A stretch of DNA of 64,000 bases, taken from contig OZ059900.1 of the NCBI GenBank assembly GCA_964057225.1, positions 12,648,001 through 12,712,000 on the forward strand. The letters are read 5' to 3'. The notes beneath the pieces were generated by a model. That model was not told where the DNA came from and made no database searches. It worked only from the letters and a program-made list of their open reading frames with translations. Positions within the stretch are counted from its first letter, which is position 1. Every line of letters starts with the position of its first letter. The stretch is from Auanema rhodensis. Lineage: Eukaryota > Animalia > Nematoda. This document shows positions 12,564-24,800 of this stretch, in pieces. Position numbers and translations under genes: made by a program.

Positions 12564-12944
12564 AGATGTGTGTGAACTGTCTATTTAACTTGTTATAACT
12601 CGCTTGATGATTTAAATTCATCGAGGTGCTTAGTTGTTGTATGTAATTCTATAGCCGGATTGAAATTGTTTTACAAAAAGAGAGCAAACGCAAATATCGT
12701 ATTAAATAGAATTCACGCTTTAGATTAATTCCTATTATCGAATGGGAAGTGCATGGATCTCTGCATACAACGCTTTGTTTGAAATGAAAATTGATTTTGG
12801 CGCCAATTCTGAAAATTTTGAATTTGTTTTTTCTTGCCTTTTTTTAGTTCCACCGTTTCTTCTGTACAAACTACTGAATAAATGCTTTAGTTTTTTTCTG
12901 AATTTATGTGAGTTATCTTTGTTATTTACTTTGTTTCCGGTTTG

Positions 12945-15141
12945 ATGGATGACCCACAGTTGGATAGGCTGAATTATTGCATCAAATGCCAAAAGTTTTT
13001 TAAGAATAATGATAAAACGGAGCACTGTTGTGTAAGCGTTACTTGTTTTTTTCTTAAATTTTTTTTTAGCTCTTCTCATTTGTTTCTTCTAATAAAGACG
13101 ATGAACAAAAGTTCAAACAAAAAACGTTTTTGGCTATCCGACACGAGTTGTATGAAACAGAAAGATCATATTTAAATTTTTTAAAAGTTTTGGAAGAGGT
13201 TTGTCTTTTTTTTCTTGTTTATCCTTAACGATGAAGAATATTTTCAAGCTATTTTTTGTTCCACTATCAATGTCTACTCTATGTAGTGAAAAAGAAGCTT
13301 TATCAATTTTTACTGGTCTCCCATCAATAATTGGCATAAGCAAGGTTTTATAAAAATAGTTTAGCAGCTAAAAAAATGCTCAACATGTTTTTGTTGCAGA
13401 TGATGCTCAATGAAATTGAAAGTGCTGCAGGCATTCAATCAATTTTTAATGTTTTTTCTCCGTATCTAAAGCTATATTCAACCTATGCTTGTAATTATTC
13501 TACTTCTCAAAAACATTTCCTTGTTAGTTTAAGTAAAATTTCAATAGAGTGCTAATCTGTTTTATAAAGAAATTGATGTCGAAGCCTAAATTCAGGCGTT
13601 TCATCGAACAACTGGAATCTGATCCTCGTTGCAATTCAATCAAGTTAGCTGGACTACTCATTATGCCTATCCAACGAATTTCGAGGTTTTTTGGAATTTT
13701 TAAAATAGTTAAAAAGAACCATTTAGATACGAACTATTCATCAAACGTTTTTTGGAAAACAGTAACAATGAATCCGAAAGAGCGGATTTATATGGTAAGT
13801 ACCAGTTCTTCCGATTGATTTTACAATTAAAAAATAAGAAATAATTATACCATATTTACATATCAGATGTGTTGCATCAATTGCAAAAAATAAGTGAGGT
13901 TACCCAGGAATGTCTGAATGATTTTGAATTTGGTGAAAAATTATGGTTGATTCAAGAGTCGTTAGGTATGAATGAAGGCATCGTAGCACCCGGTCGGAAA
14001 TTCATCAAAGATGGATTATTGTACAAGGCATGTTAACTAGAATATAAATTAATTATTGTGTAACAGAAAGTACAAGGAAGTGATTCAAATTTTGAAGAAC
14101 GTCTATTTTGGCTGTTTAACGACTTATTGATATATGGAAAACGTCGGCTAGGTATTGGCCCGAAATACGAATGCTCTTGTATGCTTCCATTACGTCATTG
14201 TTCTTCGTTCTATGATGACCTTACGGGGACAATAAAAGTATGCTATCTACTTTCGTAGTTGAACTTTTGTCTTTTAGATTCAATGCAAATCATATCAAGT
14301 ACTACTAACTGCCGATAGCTTTGATGTACTTAAAAAATGGTTCCCTGATCTTTTTAACATATTATCATTATTTCTAGTCTTACAGGCATGAGGAATTGGA
14401 CAATGCGATACAGTCCAGTAAACTTTCTCGTTCTACGCTTCGAAAGGAAAGCAGCAAGCAACAAGTTAAAGAATTCGGGTGTGTTTTCTTATTTGAAATT
14501 TTTTCTATTATTGTTCTTAGATCACAGATTAGAAAAAAGATTACAAATCGTTTCAATCAGAAGTCATTTTTGGCACAGGATACAATTGTTCAAAAGAATA
14601 AAACGAGTGCTTTTCGAAAAAGGAAATGGGTAAGAATTACCTGAGCTTATTATACTTTGTTGTTTTTTATAGGAATCACATGTTTCAACTCCTTTAAATA
14701 AAAACGGTTGTGAATTTGCTGAAAAAAGTGAGTAAAATATTATTATATTATTTCTGTTTATTTAGTTCAAAAAACACAAGAAAGTCCAACTATCTCGCAC
14801 AGCGAAATCAAAAAATGCTTGCAGTATTCCCATAGAGAAACTGATCAGGTATTTAATAAGACAAAAGCTTTAGTTTTTCTGTGAACCATATGAAATTTTT
14901 ATTTCATATTTTATTTTTATAGAAAAACGAAATCAAAGATGAAAAACGAGAATTTATTACATATAATGGGATAACCAATGAAATATGTCAAACAAGTTCT
15001 GAATCGATTCTACAGCGATATCCTCCGAATATATCAAGTGAACCTCCGTGGTGGTTACATGATTCTACGCCAGCTGTATATTTAGAACAACAAAAGCGTG
15101 GGTTAGTAAGTAAAATTCTCGATAATTGTACGATTATGTAA
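12945..15141 (+). CDS. Dbl-family RhoGEF (DH-PH), ARHGEF39/TAG-52-like, multi-exon
   Basis: Spliced translation gives the DH motifs ELYETERSYLNFL and LLIMPIQRISRYELF, then a PH domain PGRKFIKDGLLYK...ERLFWLFNDLLIYG. It ends ...KILDNCTIM*. Confidence 0.85.
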
Positions 15142-16260
15142 TATATATTGATTAGCATATTTTGTAATTTCGAGTCTGATTGAACATCTGGGTTTACTCT
15201 CTCAGCATAATATTTTCAATGAAACATCCTTTGCTTTTACAATTTACTCTTTAAAAGAAAACAACTGTTATACCATTGGCATCACCATCAAATGCTACGC
15301 ATAGGACATAATGTTATGAAACAGTAATTATCATTAACTATATTTTTTTTTCCAATAACGAACATACAACAAACCATTGCTTTTTCACTTTTGTATGAAT
15401 GTGGGAAATATTTTTCAAGTGAAACGTTTTATCAAAAGTATACAAACGCACCAAAATGGTTCTGTATTATTCATTATTGGAGTATAATACTACTGGCCTT
15501 TCATTCATTTTAGATTTGAAAGAAGATAATATATAAATGAAGGGCGGGTTATGTTGGCCAATAATGAAGGATAGAATTTTATTGTCAAATGACCTTGGTT
15601 TTCAACTATCTCTTGTGTTAACTCACAGAGGTTTTTATAATCTTTCTGGCAATGCAACCATTTCATGTTTGATAATGTTCTTAATAACTAGCATTTTGAA
15701 TAATATGAATAAAAAATATATTGTACCTTTAGTCTTACCTTAAATAGCATAGATTATGTACAGAACTTTCAACTATACTTTCATTACTTATTCATAATTA
15801 TTTTATACTCGAATCGAACGAAGTTTTATTGGTGGATAAGTTTATTCAAAATCTCTTTTCAGATCAAGTTTTTCAAGTTTTAAATAATTGTGTTCATATT
15901 ATATATTCAAGTTAGTAGCTGACTGATTAATGTAGAAAAATTACTGAAATTACCATTGTTATCAAATTGCGGAGTCTGATATTCAGAACCTGTTCTTGAG
16001 AAAGTTTTTCAATATTTGTATCTGTTTCAATCCGTCTTTCGGGCCTATTCATCATGTGTCTTGATTTGTGGTTTCATTATGTTTTCAAGTTTTGCGATGA
16101 TTTTATTTCCAGTTTTCTAACACTTTTCTATTTTCATGTATATACCCTAATGATAATAGCTGGTACCTATTTTATTGAATCACTTTAAGATTTGTTTTTA
16201 TTTTTTCTTATATTATTTTTTTTATTTTCTTCGCGTTTGCAATGATTAATTCCAGAAACA

Positions 16261-18260
16261 ATGAAGGATACAACAGTAGAATTAAAAAACAATAACTCTT
16301 CTCGAGTTAGATATATTATACTTATTATCGGTTTCTTTTTTTTTAATTCATAAGTAATTTACAATTTGGACAGGAACTCTATGTATTGCTAGCATAGCTT
16401 CAAATATGATAGTATTCAACTTTACCGTCATTTGTATGACTAGTCCTAATTCTACAACACAAAGCAACTCAAACATTCATAATTTTTCACAAAAAGAAAT
16501 ATCACAACTTAATTGGTCAGTCGGGGTTGGAACATTGCTAGCCGCATGGCCATTTCATTGGTATGTGAACAACTACTTCATTACTTGATTGGTAATTAAT
16601 ACAATATTTAGGTTTTATATGAAATATGGAGCCCGTATAGTTTTTTTCATAGCAGGACTTATTTCTGCAGTTTCAACCGTATCAATCCCGTTTGTAGCTT
16701 TTAGTGATTTCTACTTATTTTTATTGGCTCGCTTCGCACAAGTTTGTTGTTTAGAAAAGTAAACAATATAAATACTTTGATTAGGGAATTTCATTTGGTG
16801 CAGACTTTGCTGCTATTGGGCTCATAGTTGTTAACTGGGCTACACTGAAACAACATGGATTTTTCATCTCCTTGCTGTCGTCTTTTTCTCAGATATCTGT
16901 GATGTTTACCATGCCATTGGCAGGCGAAGTTGATTTTTTTTTATATTCAAGAAATATATTTTTTTTTAAGTTGTGCGAGTCGAAGCTCGGATGGGAAGCT
17001 GTTTATTACATTCATGCCTTTTTGAGCATTATTCTATTCAGTGCATGGCTCATTTATTACAGGTTTAAATCATGGCTGTTATGCTAATCTTTACACCCTA
17101 AACGATGTTGTAGAAATGATCCTGCTGATCATCCAAAAATAACAGAGAAAGAACTGGGTAAAATTCATTCTGGGAAAGAGGGAACACTGGATATGGAGAT
17201 TAAAACACCTGTTAAAGTAAATATAATGCTAGTTCACAATAAACGCTATAATTTTATTTTAGGCTATTATGAGCAACATTGTCGTTTGGGCGGTCTGGCT
17301 TTCTGCTTTTGGTGAGCTATTAATGTCGCAATTCATTGTGATGTATGGATCGATATATCTTAAAGAGGTTGAGTTTTTTACAATCATATAAAGTACTGAA
17401 AACTGAATTTAGGTTTTGGGTTTTCAAGTTGCACACACAGGATATTTTGTAGCAATTCCTAGAGCCCTACATTTGGTTTTCAAAATAGTATCTGGAATTG
17501 CTTCCGATAAAATTCAATTTATCTCAGAAAAGTTAAAGATGAAAATATTTAACAGCATCGCTTTAATGGTACTAGTAGTAAACTTCTTTTTCAACTTTCA
17601 CTATTTTTTTAGGTTTCCGGATTATTCTTTTGCTTGTTAGGATTTTTGCCTAAGGAATACTCCAATTACGCGCTTGCATCTCTCCTAGCTATTGAAGTAT
17701 CTACCGGATTCATTTGCGGAGGTTTCTATAAATGTGCTACACTAGTATCGAGGTTTTATAATATTATAATATAAAAAAAAACTGTTTTTTAGGCAACACT
17801 CTCATTTTGTATTATCTCAAATTCAATTCATCAAATGTTTATCGCTATTTATTGAGCCATTGCTTGTCTACTTATTGTGCCCTGATAATACGCTCATTCA
17901 GTGGAGAATAGTATTTCTGATTCACGGTTTCTTGCTCATAGGTAGATAAATTTTTGAATGAATAAATATGTCGTTATATATTTATAAACGCATATTCATA
18001 TCAAGTCCTATTAATTTCTATTTGTATTACAGGTGGAAACGTTGTATTTTGCATATTTGCTACAGATGAACCAGCTGATTTCACAAAACCGAAAAATCAC
18101 GTGCGTGTTCCACTTGTGGATATCTCTTCAGAAAAAGATAGGTTAGTCTGCTTTCACTTTCAATGTTACGAGAAATTCAAAGAAAAAGCATGAAATTTTT
18201 TTTTCATATTTCAATGTTTTGCTAAATTTTTACAGTAATGCTATTCGCACCAACTCATGA
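16261..18260 (+). CDS. MFS transporter, nematode SLC17/anion:cation symporter type
   Basis: Spliced: SNMIVFNFTVICM, KYGARIVFFIAGLISAVST, ARFAQGISFGADFAAIG, GELCESKLGWEAVYY, GGFYKCATLVSRQHSHFV, FATDEPADFT. The last exon is slightly uncertain. Confidence 0.88.
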
Positions 18261-18855
18261 ACATCTACATCACACTAATATGAATGCATGCATAAACTCA
18301 TTTTATGATTTATGCTTCCATGATAGATTTTTCTTCTTGTAATAGAGAGTTTTTGATGTGAAACGTGTTAATATAGTTAATTATGTATTAAGTATGAGCT
18401 ACCTCAATGAAAAAATATAATTTAAATAGATAATGAATATAAAACTTGCACTAGTTTCTAATTTTTCAATACTTTTCAGACTAACTAAGTCAGCGGATGT
18501 CACCAACTAAGATAATACTATTATACACATATATATAGAAATATAAAGGCAGTGAAAATCAATGTACCTATTTTCTCTTAGAAATAAAATAGTACAAATT
18601 GGCTAGGAGTAAACATGTTTTTTCTTGTGCTTCATTATTTTTGATTCTTTTCACAAAAAATGTTGCAGATAGTTGGAAATAAAGTTTTGAAAACTAAAAC
18701 AATCCTAGTAGCAGGATGAGATATGGTAACGCTTCGATTTCAGATTTTTCAACAAAACAAACAAAGATAGATTTATTGAAAGAACAAAATTGAAAAAAGA
18801 TGATGATCATTATCAAATTCAATTGAAGATTTTCAAAACAATATAAACAGTAAAA

Positions 18856-21800
18856 TTATTTCTTTTTTGAAGATCCGATGTGATCGTTTTTTCCCTGACT
18901 GTCATGACGCTTTTTACTTGTACTACGATCTCGGCTTCGATGACGATCCTGAGCGTTTTATTAATTGAAAAAAACGAAAATAAATAAATCTCACATCAGA
19001 TGGTTTCCGTGATACATGTTCTTCTTTGTCAGTATTAGCTTTGTGTGGCTTCTCTACTGATCGATGTTGATCAGGCCGAGCGTCCTAAAAAATATATATA
19101 TATTGATAGGTTTATTATACACTAATATACTTTGCGATCTTGTTCTTTTTTCTTAGTCATATATTGATTGAAAAGGCTTTCCCGGACCTTTTCTCGCTCA
19201 TTACGCGCTTTCTCAGCCTATATATAACAATCAATGAAAAAGAATAATCTAAAATATGATACTTTTCTGATTTCACTTGGTAAGCGACTAGGTTCTCCAA
19301 ATATGCTTCTCATCCGTTCCAACGGATCCATCTCTTTTTTCCTCTCCTACAATGAAATGTTATGTAATCAAGTTTCACAAGTAATTTGAATTACTGATGA
19401 CTTGTCTATTTTCCGAGGGATGGTTTTACTAGTAGGTGTCATTGTTATGGCAGACGACGGCTTTTCCTACAATATCAATTTTATAAAAAAAATTTGAAAA
19501 AAACTAACTATCTTTTTTTTATCGGGTTTGTCACTTTTAAGCGGAGTGAAAGAAGATTTTTTGCTTTTTTCCAAATCTTCGGAATAAGGTTTTTTCCTTT
19601 TTTCTGTCTCATCAACGTGAGTTTTTTTGTCCTAAATTAGATGAAGGTTTGGTGTTTATTCAATTCACAAACCTTCTTTTTCTCCATTTTTTCGTCTTTA
19701 CTTGCGAGTTTATGAGTACTGAAGGTAGACACATCCTTGTGATCTTTCTTTTCAAGTCTTTCACTTCGTTCTAACTTATCTCGTTTATCACGCTTTTCCA
19801 GTCTGTCAGTCTTTTCTTGTTTTTCCAATTTATCATTTCTATCTTTTCTGCTGGCAGTATCCTTCTCGTTGAGTTTCTCTTTTCGTTCCAGCTTATCCAT
19901 TTTTTCGGGCTTTTCCAGCTTGCCTTCTGTTCTTGATGTCTTCTCCTTTCCTGTAGATATATCTCTTCTCTCCACTCGTTTCTGTTTTTCCTGTTTCTCC
20001 AAGCGTTCCATCTTTTCTAACTTCTTGGCTTTAGACTTTTCTGTTTTATCAGTTTTTTCCGGGGAATCCATTGCCTCCTTTTCTTTTTTTTCGTGTCGTT
20101 CTGATATCTCAGTTTTAGCATATTTATGCTTATCCGGTTTTTCACAAGTGTTCCTCTCAAGCTTTTCGCTTTTTGACAGTTTATCAACCTTGTCCTTTTT
20201 GATAAATTTCTCGATCTTCTCTGTGTGCTCAAGCTTGCCGACACTTTCGGATTTATCCATTTTATCCTTCTTTTCTAACTTTTCCGATTTTTCCTTTTTA
20301 TCCTTTTCTGATTTGTCCAACTTCTCCGCTGATCCATGAATTTCTTTTCTGTTGTACTTCTCCTTCCGATTTCTTTCCAGCTTGTCACGTTCTCGTTTGT
20401 CGGCTTGATCCAATCTTTCCTGCTTCTCCGTTTTTTTCCAAACTTTTTCTGTATTGCTTCGTTCATCTTTTTTCAACTCGAAATCCTTTTGTACTATAGG
20501 CTCAAAACCAATCTGAAACAGCACATGTTTAAAAAAACATAAATAGTGAAAATAACCTTTTCCAATGATTTCCTCTTATCAAAAGGTTGAATAGCCGAAC
20601 TCTTCGTTTTAATGGAATTTTGATCAGTATATTTCTTGGGTAGATCGAACAAATTATTTTGAGATTGTAGATCTGTTGATTTTCCTTTGGGTCGATCTTC
20701 GTCAAGTTTGAGTTTGTCTTTCGACCTGTTTCTCTCTTTCTGTGAGATCATTTGAGTATCTTTTTGTTTGCAGCAGCTATCCATTTTGGGAGAAATATAT
20801 GTTGATGAAACAGATGATGACATCTTCCGTTGTCCTTCATTGACGATCATCGGAGACTTTTGAGATATGATAGCTGTGGATTTAACAAGACAATCATTAT
20901 CGCCCGATTTCGAAAAACACGAATCTGTGAAAGAATGATGTGGTTGTGAGGCTAATGCAGATGATGTGGTAGGCTTTTGACCATCATTAACAATTAAACG
21001 ATGTTGCCTAAATAATGAGGATGCTGATGCTGATGCTGATGAAGAAGTTGAAGGTGAGGTCGTTAATGGTTGACTGTTAATCGATTGTTCATTGACTTTG
21101 CGATGCGGCTTTAGTGAAGATGAGTAAGATGTAGTTGGTTTTTGTCCATCGTTCACTATTATACCTCCTTTATATGAAGAAGGTGATGAATATGACGATT
21201 GCTGACTTATTGGGCTTTGACCATGAGTTTCAAGACTTGACCCTGATGGGTGAAGTTTTGATAATGTATGTGTATCACCTGATAACTTTGTCTCTTCAGG
21301 TTTCGAAATACTATGGGGAGAATTTGTTTCTTGAACTTTGAATAAACTTCGACGTTTTTGTAAATGCAAAGTTTGTCGATCCAGCGAATTTAGATTATCG
21401 GAGGCATTACATGTGTCAAGGGACTGACCGAGCACGTTCCGATTACGATGACTGTCTTTTCGCTTAGGAATATCAATAGGTGTTAAAACCCATTTAATAT
21501 TTTTTGGCGTGTCGTCTTTTTTAATCTCCGAAAGACCAACATGTTGATGATGCAAAGCTGAATTATTCTTCTCAGAAATCTCTCCAACTGTGCTAGAGGT
21601 AAGAGGTTGTTCGACCGATTTTGATGCACAGATATTTGCTGAAGGAGAATCTTGAGAGTACAAGATTCTAGAAGCTTGACTCGACATTGGAGAAGACGTC
21701 TTCAGTTGAACATAATCAGTTTTATGAGCATCATGCTGAAGTGAGGCAAAGATATAAATAAGAAATTAATCAAAATGAAAAATCTTACTTTGGGTTTTGC

Positions 21801-24800
21801 AGGATTAAGAGAGGGTACGAATGAGGAAGAAGTCGGTTTTGGTTCTGAAATAGTTGGCATCCATGATCGAGAAGGTGCTGCTGGAATGCTTTCACTCAAG
21901 CGTTTTTTCAATCGTTCTTTGTATTCATCAACAGATAAACGCTTAATTTCCTGAACAAAAGTTTCTATAAAACATATTCTTTAATCAACGAACCTTAGGT
22001 TTTTCATCGTTTCTCTCGAGGGGAGATTGTTTTTGATCGATTTTTTTTGATTGAATTTCTATAAATAAAGTTTTAGTTGAGAATTCAATTAGAAACGTCA
22101 CCTGAAGTCGAAACAGAAATAGTCTTGGCTTTTTTACGCGAGAGTCTCTGCTTTTTGGCTCCCTTTTTAGAGAAACGCTTTGATTTTCTTTTCCGTGAAC
22201 CTTTCAAAGATCTGGGCTTTTTCGAAGTTGTTTCTTTTTTAATTTTGGCTGCACGTTTCATTTTCTTATGCCGGAGCTTTATTTCATAGTCTTGAAGTTT
22301 TGTGTACTCATCAGTCGTAAGACATCGTTTTGGTAAGACTTTAGGTTGCCGGGGTCTTGGCCACAAAGGATACGCTTTACGCAACGAAGAAAAATTCGAG
22401 TTCTTCTCCCTCTTTACAAATGATTTTTTTCGACCTATTCTGGGGTCTTTTGGCTTTTGAGACAAAGAATCCATAGGTATCGTGAATGGAGATTTGAATT
22501 TTGGTGAATCCGTTGATAGAGAACGTCCCATGGTTTTAGAAGCATTCTTTACGCTCACGTCTTCATTAACAGAAGGCATTGAAACACTCCGGCTTAATAT
22601 TTTTTCAGCTTCATTTTTTACACGGAGCGGTGGAGGCATAGGGATTTTGAATGCCCCGCTGTCAGAAGATGTATTTTGAGTTTCGGTGCAACCTGGAAAA
22701 TAAATTTAAAAAAAAACTGAAAACTAGTACTGAACTATTACCTCTTTTAAGCACATCTTTCTCCTTTGAGGCCACAGGGTTTTGCCCGAGAATTGTTTTG
22801 TTTTTCTCTCGCTCTGATAATTGGCGTGCTAGCTGTAGCTTTGGTTCACTTTTTTCTGGCGTTGTCGATACAGGAATTTGTATCGAGTCCTTTGTCGAGG
22901 TGGAAGATTCTTCTTTTATCTTTTGCTTCAAAATAGCTTTCTCCTTTAAGCATTCTGCTGTACGAACAACCGTTCGTTTAGCTAGTTCTTTTTCTTGTAA
23001 TCCAACATACTCATCTGTCGTCAAACGCCTTCGTTTAGTCTTTATTTTTGGTAGAATAATAAGACTGTAGTTTAAAAGAGCTTCGGAATCTATTTTCAAA
23101 TCGTATTTCCTTAGTCGTGGAAGAGACTGTTTCCCTTCGATAACCTTTTTGGTTTTCCTTCTTGTTTTTGTGAGTTTGCTTGATGCAGATTCGTTAGCTG
23201 ACTGTACGAGTGTTTCGTCCGATTGGTGTTCGATTCCAACTTTTTTGATATTTTTTCCTGTTTTATCTCGAACTAAATGACGTTTGTTTGGATTTGGTGA
23301 AGGTGATGGAACTGCTGTATCTGTTGATATGTTCGGGAGAGAAAAATCTTGAATTGATGCCGATGTCGAGTCAAACATGCCAATAGGACCACTGCTACCT
23401 TTGTGTAAGGAAATATCATCTGTTGCTAATGATATCATTTCAGCCACCTTTCCTGCATTGTCGTTTGCCACGGTTTTCGATTTCTCTGTTTTATCACGGG
23501 AAGGATCATTGGCTTGACGAATGGTTCTCTCTCTTTTTAATTCCAGTTTCTTTTTTGTCAGAACTTCAGCATTAAGAATTGCTTTAAGTCTGCTTCTCAC
23601 AGCAATATTATTTATAAATTGCATGCTATTGATTTTGCGAGAAACCTTCACAGTAGAAACATCACAGGGCTTTTTCCTCAAAATTGTTTTTAATTCCATA
23701 GGATTGACTCTGGATGGTGGATATCGTTTCGATAGTTTTGCTGTGTTCATATTGAACATTACACGCTTCGAATAATTTGAACCAAAACTTTTTCTACTTT
23801 TTTTGGGAAGCTTCGAAATTGAATGACCTTTTCGACAAATCATTTTCAAATAATTGTCTTTGGTTTTTAATATAGGCTGAAGTTTTCGAGCAGATTTTGT
23901 ATTGCGATCAGACTTCTCTTTAAAAAAAAAAAGTATAAACGTCATATTACTTCTCGTACCTGATCGTATTAGCAACTTTGAATGCTCAGGGTCGTTATTA
24001 GAAACTTGGAAACTTGGCCGGGAACGTCGATAGTCACTCGATGGAGTACCCTTCGTGGTAGACTTTGAGGTTTCTGAATGAGTAGAAAATAAAAAATAAT
24101 ATAAATTTCATCTTCTCACCCTCATAATACTTGCCAGCTGAACTCTTCAAGCAATCAGGAGAACTTTCATGAAGACTGAGAATTCGGCGTTTGATGCTAC
24201 ATCCAGATTGATTATCAGTTAGTTTTCTCTTTGCAGGTTGAGATCGACTTCTAACATCTTGACTTATGAAAGATGCTGAATTGCTGTCCGATCCCAAAGA
24301 TGACAATGATAAGGTACGATGAGCGGTTCCAAATTTAAACGTCGGTCGCTCAGTACCACTGCGAAAACTGCCAGAACCTCTACTCTGGTCGTTCCTTGAA
24401 GTTGACTTCTCCAAATTAACACACTCAGAAAAATATGATCTTCTCGAATGTTTTTCTCTTACAGGCTAGAAAATTTAGATTGCAAAATCAATTCGAAAAA
24501 AATCAGCAAGTAAAATACCTCTTTTTGTTTCCGTGTATCTTTCTCTTTTGTTGAAGATGTCCGTAACTTTTCTTTCTTACGCAGAAACATAGCATTCAGT
24601 TTTTCAATTCTCTCAGTTTCACGATATTTTAATTTTTCAACAAAATCATCAAGAGTAATTCTTTTAATTGGCTAAAAGAAGAAATTAAATAACTACTCAA
24701 TTCTTCAAATACCTTTATAGTGATTCTCCGTTTTTCAATGGTACTTCCAGGGGAGGAAAGTGATGCCAACGCCGAAGAAAACAAAGAATTTGAAGTAGTA

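Noticed and set aside
16022-16029. CTGTTTCA piRNA (Ruby) motif core
   Set aside because: Single isolated occurrence with no cluster.
19869-23775. Plus-strand S/F/L-rich ORFs overlapping the giant gene
   Set aside because: Antisense artefacts of K/E/R-rich coding sequence.
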